NCBI GenBank assembly: GCA_040390065.1
Contig: JAZJZE010000009.1
Span: forward strand, 506,930 to 570,929
Reading direction: 5' to 3'
Source: a bacterium
GTDB lineage: Archaea; Thermoplasmatota; E2; JACPAO01; JAHFTW01
DNA: 64,000 nt
The first letter of the stretch is position 1, and every line of letters starts with the position of its first letter. The position numbers were made by a program, and so were the translations under genes. Shown here piece after piece: positions 36,330 to 46,035 of this stretch. Under the pieces are notes generated by a model. That model saw only the letters and a list, made by a program, of their open reading frames with translations, made no database searches and was not told the origin of the DNA.

Positions 36330-37424
36330 CTAAGGGGTTTGGGGACCGCCGCCACGCGGCCAAACGGCGGCGGCCCAGGTGGCGTCCGGGCTCGGCGACG
36401 CCACCGAAGTCACGAACCGGCCTTCGGTCCCTCGTGTCGAAGGCGGAGGGAAGCCAAGGAAACAGAGGGCGCCTTCCACAGTGGGGGTCAGTGCAGGTGG
36501 ACAGGCGCACAGGGACCGAGAGGATGAGATGTACAGAGGATTGTTGACGTCGCGAAACTCGGCGTCGAACGTCATGAAGGGCTGGAGGCTCGAGGCAAAA
36601 TGATGCAAGCCGTCGTCCATGGTCGCGTTGTAGGGATGCATCCGGCCCATTTCCCAATGCGCCATGCCGGGGTACGGCCTCGGGTCCCGGATGGCGATGC
36701 CGGTGGGCGACGCCAACGAGAAGTACGGAGTGGCACTGTGGCTCACGCGCATGACGGCCCGGAAGGTCAAGTCCTCCGGATTAGGAGCCGGGCCCCCGTC
36801 GCCCACTTTACCGACGGTCCAGACCGGAGCAACATCGTCGATGGTCCAGTTGTCACTGGCCGCATGGAAACCTCCCGACGGCTCCGCCTGAGCAGGAGTC
36901 CAATTCGCCGGATACAGGACCCCGAGGAGCCACGGATTTGGGTCAGTCAGATCGACGGGAAACCTCACGAAGCCAGCAGACGGGCCCGTCCATGTGAAGA
37001 AAACCGAGGCGTTCTCCGTGCGAAGCTGCACGGCGCCGCGGACCTCATCGTGCGTCAGCCGCGTAGCGTTGTACAGCACTCCAATCTGGTGACCCAACAG
37101 ATCCGGCGGCTCGTCGGGCCGGACGGGCGTTCGACCGTAATACGTGTACCAATCGGGAAAATCGGCCCCGACGGGGAGGCGTTGATCGTCGAACGTTAGG
37201 CAGGACCAATCCAGGGGTGGATGCGCCTCGACGAGAACGTCTACGATGGAGTGCGGCCGTGGTTCGCAAGTGACGTTGGTCCCGCCGGGCAAGGACGGGC
37301 ATCCAACGTATGCCGCCATCGGCTGAACATTGCCCAAGGGGGGCGATGACTGTTGGGGCGTACCGGTACAGCCGCAAACGACGACAGCGACGGAGAGGAC
37401 GACGCCCAACCGGCCCGCACGCAT
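36330..37424 (-). CDS. Orphan lipoprotein
   Basis: MRAGRLGVVLSVAVVVCGC lipobox; Pro/Cys-rich. Confidence 0.65.
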   Translation of the reverse strand: MRAGRLGVVLSVAVVVCGCTGTPQQSSPPLGNVQPMAAYVGCPSLPGGTNVTCEPRPHSIVDVLVEAHPPLDWSCLTFDDQRLPVGADFPDWYTYYGRTPVRPDEPPDLLGHQIGVLYNATRLTHDEVRGAVQLRTENASVFFTWTGPSAGFVRFPVDLTDPNPWLLGVLYPANWTPAQAEPSGGFHAASDNWTIDDVAPVWTVGKVGDGGPAPNPEDLTFRAVMRVSHSATPYFSLASPTGIAIRDPRPYPGMAHWEMGRMHPYNATMDDGLHHFASSLQPFMTFDAEFRDVNNPLYISSSRSLCACPPALTPTVEGALCFLGFPPPSTRGTEGRFVTSVASPSPDATWAAAVWPRGGGPQTP

Positions 37425-37561
37425 GCGGCCTGGATTTGGCCGCGCCTGTTTAAGGGAATTGGCCAAGCCGTGCGAATAGGTGGCGAAGACAACAGGTGGC
37501 GGGAGCCCACGTCGGCCCGGGCGGCCGCCACGGGCAGGATTATGTTCTGTCCGGCCGTCGA

Positions 37562-38179
37562 ATGGCCATGGCCCCGGACCTGGCGTTCCATCCCCTTCGG
37601 GAACACCAGGCATCTCCCGCGCGGCTGGCGGAACTCCTCACGGAGGCGAAGGCCGTCCTGTTGGACCGAGGCATGGCCGACATGGAGGAATACGGGGACA
37701 TGCTCAAGTGGGGCCTGCCGCGCTGCGACGGCAAGTGCCGCAGCATGCACGTCTACCACCCCGATTGGTGCAGTTTCAGCGACCGGTTCCGCGGCACCAT
37801 CCACTACCACGGCGGCGCCATCCGCGGCACGCTGCTTCTCGGCGGCTTCGAGCACTCCATCTACGAGGCGACGCGCGACCCGCAGGGCGACCGCTTCCAC
37901 AACGGCGAGGCCTACCGCCTCACCAGGCACACCCGATTGCAGAGCGCCGGCACGACGTACGACTTGCCCGCGATGGTACCGCACTGGCTGAAGCCGACTC
38001 GGCTCACCCTGACCAACTTCGAGGAAGACGACAACGGCCTCATGGGCGACCTCGTCAATCCAGCCGCAGACGTCGACATCGACGAGCACCGGTGGACGCA
38101 GGCGCAGGCGGATGCGTTGCTGCCCGTGCTGCTCGAGTTCATCGATGCGAAGCTGGCCGAATTGACCGTCCTGGCTTGA
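37562..38179 (+). CDS. Hypothetical protein, possible cupin-type metalloenzyme
   Basis: 'IHYHGG...LLGGFEH...AGTTYDLPAMVPH' resembles cupin HxH...H motifs. Confidence 0.55.
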   Translation: MAMAPDLAFHPLREHQASPARLAELLTEAKAVLLDRGMADMEEYGDMLKWGLPRCDGKCRSMHVYHPDWCSFSDRFRGTIHYHGGAIRGTLLLGGFEHSIYEATRDPQGDRFHNGEAYRLTRHTRLQSAGTTYDLPAMVPHWLKPTRLTLTNFEEDDNGLMGDLVNPAADVDIDEHRWTQAQADALLPVLLEFIDAKLAELTVLA

Positions 38180-38290
38180 GGCGGCCCGGACAGGCCCCTC
38201 GGCGCCCGGAGGCGACGAGGGGCACATCTTGGCCGTCGAAGCGGAGCGTCCGCGACGCTGAGACGGCGTAAGTGTGAATCGCGAAGCGAT

Positions 38291-38674
38291 TCACATCTTC
38301 GTGATCATCTGGCGGCCCATCGCCACGATGTAGGAGACGTCGGCGCCGGCCACGAGGCCTTCGGCGAACTCCTCGGGGACCTGGATGTCGAAGGTCTCGA
38401 AGGATTCCTTGTCCATGAGTTGCGCCGTGCCGGCGTGGAACGAGAGAAGCTGCGCCTGGCGGCGGTCGACGATGGGGACCCAGACCTTGTCCGAGACGGT
38501 GCCCAGCAGGGTGCGCTTGGCGTTGGTGAAGATGCTGCGGGCCTCGATGCGGGCCTTCGAGGCGCCGTGCTTGCCCGGCTTGGACTTCTCGATGGAGTCG
38601 ATCTTGCACGGCTCGTCGTCGATCAACACGAAGCGGCCTTCCTTCAGTTCGCGGATCTCCGCCTGTTCCTTCAT
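38291..38674 (-). CDS. eif5a: Translation factor aIF5A
   Basis: Hypusine motif SKPGKHGASKAR; 'AQLMDKESFETFD'. Confidence 0.97.
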   Translation of the reverse strand: MKEQAEIRELKEGRFVLIDDEPCKIDSIEKSKPGKHGASKARIEARSIFTNAKRTLLGTVSDKVWVPIVDRRQAQLLSFHAGTAQLMDKESFETFDIQVPEEFAEGLVAGADVSYIVAMGRQMITKM

Positions 38675-38724
38675 ACGGCTCCTCGGGCCGGGCACAGTTG
38701 GGGGTTGATAAAGGGTTTCGAGGG

Positions 38725-39801
38725 CTACGCCGGCTGGACGCCGTTCGTGGCCGGCGTAAAGGTCGTGCCGAAGAGCAGTGGGGAGGGGTAAGGATGCGCC
38801 GGCGCCGACCAGTCGTATTGGAAGGACCAGGGTCCAAATTGTCGAGAGAACTCCAGCTCGATGATGCCGGGCGGAGCGACGGTCTCCACGGTTCCATCCG
38901 GGCGGACATATCTTGCATGGCCGTCCGTGGCGTTTTCCAAGCCGGTTCCTTGCGGGCCCACCGAGGAAAACGGCAGGAAGCCAAGGACGAGGGTTTTCCC
39001 GTCAATTCCCAGCGAGCGGTCGAGTTGCACCATGGCGCTGGCCTGCACATCGTAGCCGGCCGATGCGGCGCCGACTTGAGCACCCTGCTGGGCATCGCTT
39101 CGTTTCGCAAGAAAGACTCCCTCCGCGTCGCCGTAAGAAACCGACAAGGCAGTGTTGTTCCAGTGGCCCTGCAGGGTTGGGGGGGCCGCAAGCTCCGTGG
39201 ACAGCAGCATGAAGATGTGCCCAAATGCGTCTGGGCCGCACATGCGTTGCGCCGCTTTCCATCCCTCGCGGGTTACGTCAACAACGAGGGATATCCTGCT
39301 TCCGTCGGTCCCCTGGAGGATGCCCATGTCAGGCCCGGGTCCTGTGGCGTTGGCTTGCTTGGCGCCTGCCCCGACCCAGACGGCGGTCATCGGTGGCGCT
39401 CCAGTCGTGAGCTCGGACATCATGCCCCAACAGTCGCGCCATTCCGCTCCTTGCAACCTGGGCCCGCCAAATCCCACCGTAAAAATCTGGTTGGTCGTGG
39501 ACTTCGGGGGCATCGTCCAATTGACCCACAACCGCAGGTCGCCATCCATATGGTCCCCTCCGGCGGGAAACGAAATGTCAATCCAAACCAATCCCGGAAC
39601 GGTTCGGCGCAGGGTTCCGCTGGTGGGAATGAGTTGCGGCGTATCGTGTCCCTGATTGGTCCCCGCGACCACTTGGGTTGCCGGCGCCCTGGAGGAGTCG
39701 GATTCTGGCGGGAGGCTCGCTTCATTGGTAGGCCGGTGGGCGCTGCAGCCTGCCAGCACGAAACCAAGGAAGAGGAGGGGGAGGAGCAGCCGGCCTAGCA
39801 T
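38725..39801 (-). CDS. Orphan lipoprotein
   Basis: MLGRLLLPLLFLGFVLAGC lipobox; start overlaps the upstream gene's stop. Confidence 0.7.
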   Translation of the reverse strand: MLGRLLLPLLFLGFVLAGCSAHRPTNEASLPPESDSSRAPATQVVAGTNQGHDTPQLIPTSGTLRRTVPGLVWIDISFPAGGDHMDGDLRLWVNWTMPPKSTTNQIFTVGFGGPRLQGAEWRDCWGMMSELTTGAPPMTAVWVGAGAKQANATGPGPDMGILQGTDGSRISLVVDVTREGWKAAQRMCGPDAFGHIFMLLSTELAAPPTLQGHWNNTALSVSYGDAEGVFLAKRSDAQQGAQVGAASAGYDVQASAMVQLDRSLGIDGKTLVLGFLPFSSVGPQGTGLENATDGHARYVRPDGTVETVAPPGIIELEFSRQFGPWSFQYDWSAPAHPYPSPLLFGTTFTPATNGVQPA

Positions 39802-40247
39802 GTTGCCGTGGCCGTCTGTTCGGCGCCGTCGGAGGGATCAACCACAAGGTGGAAGTGGCCGATGATTGAGGCATAGGCCGTAATGGACTCCCCCGTGTTC
39901 ATGAGGTGGCTTGCGGCGCCGTCCTGGTGCGTGCCAGGGTCGATTGCGCCCGGTACGTTGACGCCCGTTGTGTGGGTGTAGTATGAGACGCCGTATTCGT
40001 AGTCATAATCGGCGAGGGTCGACGAGCCACTGACGCTTGTGAACCACTCGGCGCTGCAACCGCTTCCGTAGGGGTGCAGGATGACCCAGGCAACGGCAGT
40101 GGTGGTGATGCACTGGGCAGGAGGAGTGCCGTAGAGAGTCTGGCAGATAGTGGCTGCGTCCGGCGTCCCGGACACCGGCAGCGCCGTCAATACGAGCATT
40201 CCCATTGCAATCAAGCCGAACATCCTGGGCATAGAGTTGTTGGTCAT
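39795..40247 (-). CDS. Small secreted Cys-containing protein
   Basis: Signal peptide 'MFGLIAMGMLVLTALPVSG'; 4 Cys including the C-terminal residue. Confidence 0.65.
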   Translation of the reverse strand: MTNNSMPRMFGLIAMGMLVLTALPVSGTPDAATICQTLYGTPPAQCITTTAVAWVILHPYGSGCSAEWFTSVSGSSTLADYDYEYGVSYYTHTTGVNVPGAIDPGTHQDGAASHLMNTGESITAYASIIGHFHLVVDPSDGAEQTATATC

Positions 40248-40291
40248 TGCGTTTGTCCTGACCCCACCGTGAGGCCAAACGCTGCCAAGGC

Positions 40292-40303
40292 GGGGGGGGG
40301 GGG
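40292..40303. repeat. G12 homopolymer in a divergent promoter region
   Basis: c-gggggggggggg-tatctat; the longest homopolymer noticed in the window. Confidence 0.8.
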
Positions 40304-40401
40304 TATCTATCTGCCGGCGAGATGACTGGAACGATTCCAACAGCAGGCCGCCTCCCGACCGATTCGAGAACGCTTATCCTCCGCCGCCCAGGTGGTCGCC
40401 T

Positions 40402-41940
40402 GTGGCAGGAGGGCGGCTGCGAAGTCTTGGCGTCCTGGTCGCCGTCGCAATCGTCGCCGTCGCGCTCGGCCAGGCCCAGACCAGTGGCCCTACGGATCTC
40501 GAATCGTCCCGTTGTTGGACGTGCCACAAGGTCGGCGGCACTGTCGAGGGCACGCCGCTCAAGGTGATGTATTCCCTGCATCCGCCGGGCAGCCTGGCGC
40601 TAGCCCCGGGGACGCCGACACCGCTCAACCTCGAGGTGCGCAACGACTGGCTGGCAAACCTGCACAACATCGTGGGCACCCTTGACTTGTCGAAGGCGCC
40701 GTCGCTGGCGTTCCAGCCGCCGCCCGCGCCCGTGACTGGCGTCCACGTCGACGGCTCGCTGCCGTTTACCGCGACGCAACTCAACCAGCCGGAACGGACG
40801 ACGGTGCTCAAACTGCCCGTGCCTGCTGGCGCCACGGACATCCGCGTCACGCTGTCGCCCACGCGCACGACGGGCGCCGACGCCCCCGACCTTGCTCTGC
40901 GCATCTGGGGCGACGGCATCTTCGCGCAGCCCGCCACCGCGCGCTCCGTCGACAACGCCGGAAAGGGCCTGCCCGAGGTGTTCCACACGAAGGACGCGGA
41001 CACCATCGGCGCGCTGGGCTACGGCAACTGGTCGGTGGCGGCCGTGCAAGCCGGCTTCTCGACGAAGCCCGATGCCGCGGCACTCGAGGAGCAGGGGTTC
41101 AGCATCGCCATCGACGCCTGGTTCAACCTGACCGGCGACCGGACGCAATTCGTCGGCTCCACGGCGCGCCTCGACGGCAAGAGTGACGGCCCTCACTCGA
41201 CCACTCTGACGTGGAACCTTTTCGTGCGTGCGCCGCCACACGTCGGCGAAGAGCTCGTGTTCACCGTGAACGCCGTCGCCTCGTTCCAGCATCCAGCACA
41301 GTTCAACGCCGTCGACGACTGGGCCTTCACCCAGACGCTGCACGTGCCCATCCAGCCACCGCCCCCCACGACGGACACCGGGGGACCACCGCCGCTTACG
41401 AACATCCAACTCAACACGACGCCCACGCCGGACACCGCGTTGGAGGTTGACCATCTGGTCATCACGGAGAAGGCCGTCGGCGAGGCGGTCGGCTACTTCA
41501 CGGCCTTCGTCATGGTCGTGAGCCTCGTCACGGGCGGAATCTTCGGCAGCGCCAGTCGCCGCGGCCTGAACCGCATCCTCACCAGTGCCCAGCGCCGCAT
41601 CGCCTTCCACAACCTCACGAGCTACCTCATCCTCATCGCCGCCGCCGCACACACGTACTTGTTCATCCACGAAGCCGAATTCCCATGGACCTTGGGCTTG
41701 CTGTGGGGTGGCCTCGGCATCCTCGCACTTGCAGCCCTTGGCGTGACGGGGGCATGGCAATTGCCGCTCATCCGCAGTTGGCATTACGGCCCCTGGCGCG
41801 TCGTGCACTACACGTGCGCCGTGCTCGCAGTCGTGTTCACCCTCCTGCACATGGGCCTCGACGGCATCCACTTCACGAACCTGCAGAAGGACGTAGGTTG
41901 GCAAGACCCGGTCGGGAAGTGGCTCGGCACCACCGCCTAA
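40402..41940 (+). CDS. Exported CxxCH protein fused to a cytochrome b/ferric-reductase-like membrane domain
   Basis: Signal peptide, CWTCH, beta-rich ectodomain, then 4 TMs with His pairs 'FHNLTSY...AAHTY' and 'VHYTC...LLHMG'. Confidence 0.7.
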   Translation: MAGGRLRSLGVLVAVAIVAVALGQAQTSGPTDLESSRCWTCHKVGGTVEGTPLKVMYSLHPPGSLALAPGTPTPLNLEVRNDWLANLHNIVGTLDLSKAPSLAFQPPPAPVTGVHVDGSLPFTATQLNQPERTTVLKLPVPAGATDIRVTLSPTRTTGADAPDLALRIWGDGIFAQPATARSVDNAGKGLPEVFHTKDADTIGALGYGNWSVAAVQAGFSTKPDAAALEEQGFSIAIDAWFNLTGDRTQFVGSTARLDGKSDGPHSTTLTWNLFVRAPPHVGEELVFTVNAVASFQHPAQFNAVDDWAFTQTLHVPIQPPPPTTDTGGPPPLTNIQLNTTPTPDTALEVDHLVITEKAVGEAVGYFTAFVMVVSLVTGGIFGSASRRGLNRILTSAQRRIAFHNLTSYLILIAAAAHTYLFIHEAEFPWTLGLLWGGLGILALAALGVTGAWQLPLIRSWHYGPWRVVHYTCAVLAVVFTLLHMGLDGIHFTNLQKDVGWQDPVGKWLGTTA

Positions 41941-41989
41941 AGGTTGAAGGGCAACCGTCAAGAGCCACCGCGCCCCATGGCGGATGGCC

Positions 41990-43474
41990 ATGCCGCCCGC
42001 CGCACCCACGACGACGGCGGAGGAGCCGCCCGCGGAAGGCGGGCTGCGGCGCGACCTGAACCTCTTCGGCGCCGTCTCGATGATCGTCGGCATCGTGATC
42101 GGCTCGGGCATCTTCATCGGTGTCAACCGCGTGGCAGCCGGCGCCGGGTCGCCTTGGCTCATCATCCTCGTCTGGGTCATCGGTGGCCTTCTCACCTTGA
42201 TGGGCGCCTTGACGTACGCGGAACTGGGCGTCATGTTCCCCCGCGCCGGCGGTCCGTACGTGTTCCTTCGCGAAGGACTCGGCCCGCTCCCCGCGTTCCT
42301 TGCCGGCTGGACGACCTTCACGGTCAACCTCGCAGGCTCCGCCGCGGCTCTTGCCCTGGCCTTCGCGACGCAGTTCAACCAGTTGCGCCCCGGCGGCTGG
42401 ATGCCGCTGTTTCCCGACCACCCGGAATGGTCGGCCAAGATCATCGCAGCCTGCGTCATCCTGCTCATCGCGATCCTGAACTACTTCGGCCTGCGCCTCG
42501 GCGGCAACGTGCAGAAGTCGCTGACCGTGCTGAAGGGCACCCTCATGGTCTTCCTGGCAGCGGCGGCCCTCTTCTGGTTGGGCAACTCCGCGTCCCCCGT
42601 GCCGGGCCTGTTCGACGCGCCAGCATACCAGACGCAGGCCGCGGCCGCCGCCCCCGTCATCCATGAGGGTTTCGACCTCGCAGGATTCTTCGGACTGGCC
42701 CTCGTCGCAGCGCTGTTTGCGTACGACGGCTGGACCAACGTCACGACCGTCGGCTCCGAGATCAAGAACCCGTCGCGCAACCTGCCGCGCGCAATGCTCC
42801 TCGGCATCGGCGCGGTCATCGTGCTCTACATCCTCCTGAGTTTCGGCTACATGCATGTCCTCGGCCTGCAGGGCTTCGCGGACGGCAAGTTCGCCGGCTT
42901 CGGCGACGCGAGCAAGGTCGCAGGCAACACCGCCTCCGTGCTGTTCGGGGACGCCGGATTGCGCATCGTCGCCGCCACCATCCTCGTCTCGGTGCTTGGC
43001 AGCCTGAACGGCATCACGATTTCCGGGCCGCGTTACTACTACGCCATGGCGCGCGACGGGCTCTTCCCGCGCTTCTTCGGCGGCGTCAACCGGCACCATG
43101 TCCCCGGCCACTCCATCTGGGGGCAAGCCATCCTGAGCGTGCTGTTCCTGCTGTTTCTGGACTTCGACCAGCTCACCAACAACGTCGTCTTCGTCTCGCT
43201 CTTCTTCTACTCCCTGTGCGCCGTGGCTCTCCTGGTCCTGCGCCGGCGCCGCCCCGACTTGCCACGACCGTACAAGGTGCCGCTCTATCCCTGGATCCCC
43301 CTCACGTACATCGCGGCGAGCATGCTCTTTGCCGGCTACCTCACTTACCAAGCGGTGCTCGACGCAAGCGGCATGGCGTACCGCTTCCTCGGCCTCGCCA
43401 TCATCGCGGCTGGCGTCCCGATGTACTACGCCTTCCGCTGGTACTACCGCCGCGGGACGCCGCAGCCCAACTAG
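41990..43474 (+). CDS. APC-family amino acid permease
   Basis: 'IVGIVIGSGIF', 'YAELGVMFPRAGG', 'FAYDGW', 'EIKNPSRNLPRA', 'RPYKVPLYP'. Confidence 0.93.
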   Translation: MPPAAPTTTAEEPPAEGGLRRDLNLFGAVSMIVGIVIGSGIFIGVNRVAAGAGSPWLIILVWVIGGLLTLMGALTYAELGVMFPRAGGPYVFLREGLGPLPAFLAGWTTFTVNLAGSAAALALAFATQFNQLRPGGWMPLFPDHPEWSAKIIAACVILLIAILNYFGLRLGGNVQKSLTVLKGTLMVFLAAAALFWLGNSASPVPGLFDAPAYQTQAAAAAPVIHEGFDLAGFFGLALVAALFAYDGWTNVTTVGSEIKNPSRNLPRAMLLGIGAVIVLYILLSFGYMHVLGLQGFADGKFAGFGDASKVAGNTASVLFGDAGLRIVAATILVSVLGSLNGITISGPRYYYAMARDGLFPRFFGGVNRHHVPGHSIWGQAILSVLFLLFLDFDQLTNNVVFVSLFFYSLCAVALLVLRRRRPDLPRPYKVPLYPWIPLTYIAASMLFAGYLTYQAVLDASGMAYRFLGLAIIAAGVPMYYAFRWYYRRGTPQPN

Positions 43475-44271
43475 GGCACGAGTCCCCGCAGGGCCGCCGA
43501 AACTTGGCCGTACTCCCACGGCGACACCTGGGTTGCGGTCCGAGCCCCGACTTGCAGCTGCTCCTGCACTTGCGTGATGGCTGCGGACGGCAACCCGAGG
43601 TCGCCGGCAAGGGGAGCAAGGCTGTGCCGCAGCGTCCGCTTGCGCGCCGACCAGGCCGCATCGAGGACGACATCGAGCAACGCGAAATCCACGGTCGGGT
43701 CTGGCGCCTTCGGCACGACGGCGACGACATGCGATGCCACGTCGGGCGGCGGATGGAAGTCGTGCCGGCGAAGAGGGAACAGCGCCTTCGACTTGGCCCG
43801 CAACGCCATCTGCACGGTGAGTTTGCCATAGGCCTCGTCGCCTGGCTTCGCGGTCAAGCGCTCGGCGAGTTCGCGGGGCATGACCAGCACGGCGCGGCCG
43901 AAACCGTGCTCCAGCAGGCGCGCAAGAAGACCCGGAATGATGCGGTAGGGCGGATTTGCCACCACGGCGTCGATGCGCGCCGGCAGCCGGACCTTGAGGG
44001 CGTCACCGGTCGTCACGGTCAGACCCGGAAGGGCGAGTGCCTCGAGGGACTGCGCCAGGGCCGGCGCCTTCTCCACGGCGACGACCGACCCGCCTGGAGC
44101 GACGCCCGTGCACAGCAGGCGCGTGATGGCGCCGGCGCCGGCCCCCACGTCGAGGACGTGCTCACCGGGCCGCAGCGCAGCGGCCTCGACGATGCGCGCC
44201 ACCGCCGACCCGGCCGGGTCGAGGAAGTGGGCGCCGCGACTGCGCCGGTCGGGGTCGGTGCGCTTCGCCAC
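43471..44271 (-). CDS. rsmA: rRNA adenine dimethyltransferase (RsmA/KsgA-like)
   Basis: 'GAHFL', 'VLDVGAGAGAIT', 'GDAL', 'VVANPPYRI', 'YGKLTV', 'FHPPPDVAS'. Confidence 0.8.
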   Translation of the reverse strand: MAKRTDPDRRSRGAHFLDPAGSAVARIVEAAALRPGEHVLDVGAGAGAITRLLCTGVAPGGSVVAVEKAPALAQSLEALALPGLTVTTGDALKVRLPARIDAVVANPPYRIIPGLLARLLEHGFGRAVLVMPRELAERLTAKPGDEAYGKLTVQMALRAKSKALFPLRRHDFHPPPDVASHVVAVVPKAPDPTVDFALLDVVLDAAWSARKRTLRHSLAPLAGDLGLPSAAITQVQEQLQVGARTATQVSPWEYGQVSAALRGLVP

Positions 44272-44323
44272 GCCGCGGGCAGGCAACCCAAGACCTAAAC
44301 CCCCTCCCCGTAGTGGCGCAAGC

Positions 44324-46033
44324 GTGGCCCCGGCCGAGGAGCATGACCCGCTGCAACTGGCGATGCTGCTGGCCGACGCCGCGACGGTGGCGTGGCGTCG
44401 CATCGCGGACAACAGCGACCGGCACGACAAGGTCGGCCTCGGCGCCGGGGGCAACCTCACGTCGAAGGCCGACTTGGAACTCGAGACCGCGATTCTTGCC
44501 AAGGCGGCTGAACTGGGCCTGACCGTGCTGTCGGAGGAGGTGGGCCTGGTCGACAAAGGCTCGCGCCTCATCGCCGTCGTCGACCCTCTCGACGGCTCCC
44601 GCAACGCCGGCCGCGGCATCCCGTTCCATTGCACGAGCATCGCCATCGGCGACAAGGGCGGCGCCCTCTCGACGCTGCATGCCGGCGTGGTTCGCAACCT
44701 CGTGACGGGGGACACGTACACGGCCGTGCGCGGCAACGGGGCATGGTGCAACGGTAAGCCCGTCAAGCCGTCGCCGTTCCACGCTGATGAAGTCATGGTT
44801 GGCATCATCGCCGACTACTCGGACACCGAGATTGCCGAAGCGCACGCCAACCGCAACCACCACATCCGCGACCTCGGCTCTGCGGCGCTGGAGATGTGCC
44901 TCGTGGGGACCGGCGCGATGGATGCCTTCATCGTGCGCAAGCCGTGGCTGCGCGTCGTCGACATCGCCGCCGCGACCTTGTTCGTGCGCGAAGCGGGCGG
45001 TTCCGTCCATGATCCACTCACCGGTCGCGACCTGGAGGTGCCCTTCGACATGTCGGCCCGCTGCGCCGTGCGCGCCGCCCACAGCGCCGAGGCACGCCAG
45101 GCCGTCTCGGGAATGCGCTTGCCCGTGCGCACACCGTCCGGACGCATGACGGGGCCACTCTTGCGCGGCGAGGCCAGCCTCGACGAGCCCGGGGCAATGC
45201 CGCTTGTGTGGGCCCTGGTCGGCAAGGCCGGGATTCCCCACATCCGCAAGGAGGCAACCTGGGTGCGCGACCACCTGCGGCAACGCGGCCAGACCGTCCT
45301 CGTCGAGCACGACCTCGCGGCAGCCTTCGGCGACAAGCCGCACACCTTCGAGGAGCTCGACCGCCTCGCGGACATCTTTCTCACCGTGGGGGGCGACGGC
45401 ACCATCCTTCTCGCGCTGTCGCACACGGACAAGCCCATCTTCGGCGTCAATGCAGGCGCCATCGGTTTCCTGTCCGAACTCGAGCCGCCGCAAGCCGCGC
45501 AAGGCATCGACCAGGTCATCCGCGGCGACTACCGCATCGAGGAACGCGACAAGCTGTCCGCCTGGCTCGACGAGACACGGCTGCCCGACGCCACGAACGA
45601 GGTGACGCTGCAGACGAGCCGCATCGCCAAACTCATCCGCTTCCAGATCACGGTGTCGGGGGAAATGCTCGACACGCTGCGCGGCGACGGCATCATCGTG
45701 TCCACGGCGACCGGCTCGACGGGCTACGCCATGTCCGTCGGTGGGCCCCTCGTGCATCCACTCGTGCACGGCACCGTACTCGCCCCGATTGCGCCCTTTC
45801 GCCTCTCCGCTCGGCCCTGGGTCGTCCCCGCCGACGCCGTCGTCGAGGTCACCCTGCTCGACCGTGACTCCGCCCAAGGCGAGCAGCAGGCGCGCGTCGT
45901 CGTCGACGGCCAGCACGGCTTCGACATCGCGCCCGGCGCCAAGGTCCGCATCGCGCCCTCGCCGCGCAAGGCTCGCTTCATCCGGCTCGGCTCCGGCTTC
46001 TACGAACGTGTGCGTACCAAGTTGACGAGGTAA
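44324..46033 (+). CDS. Bifunctional NADP phosphatase (IMPase fold) / NAD kinase
   Basis: IMPase motifs 'LSEE', 'VDPLDGS', 'GSAAL', 'DIAAA'; NAD kinase motifs 'GGDGTIL', 'NE', 'GDGIIVSTATGSTGYAMSVGGP'. Confidence 0.92.
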   Translation: MAPAEEHDPLQLAMLLADAATVAWRRIADNSDRHDKVGLGAGGNLTSKADLELETAILAKAAELGLTVLSEEVGLVDKGSRLIAVVDPLDGSRNAGRGIPFHCTSIAIGDKGGALSTLHAGVVRNLVTGDTYTAVRGNGAWCNGKPVKPSPFHADEVMVGIIADYSDTEIAEAHANRNHHIRDLGSAALEMCLVGTGAMDAFIVRKPWLRVVDIAAATLFVREAGGSVHDPLTGRDLEVPFDMSARCAVRAAHSAEARQAVSGMRLPVRTPSGRMTGPLLRGEASLDEPGAMPLVWALVGKAGIPHIRKEATWVRDHLRQRGQTVLVEHDLAAAFGDKPHTFEELDRLADIFLTVGGDGTILLALSHTDKPIFGVNAGAIGFLSELEPPQAAQGIDQVIRGDYRIEERDKLSAWLDETRLPDATNEVTLQTSRIAKLIRFQITVSGEMLDTLRGDGIIVSTATGSTGYAMSVGGPLVHPLVHGTVLAPIAPFRLSARPWVVPADAVVEVTLLDRDSAQGEQQARVVVDGQHGFDIAPGAKVRIAPSPRKARFIRLGSGFYERVRTKLTR

Positions 46034-46035
46034 CA

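Noticed and set aside
39820-39835. 16-nt exact match (tcggcgccgtcggagg) to the module C loop inside a coding region
   Set aside because: Very GC-rich and plausibly chance given the number of possible comparisons; worth rechecking only if the element proves to be a guide-like RNA.
44324-46033. IMPase-NAD kinase fusion as a novelty
   Set aside because: This bifunctional NADP phosphatase/NAD kinase architecture is already known in archaea.
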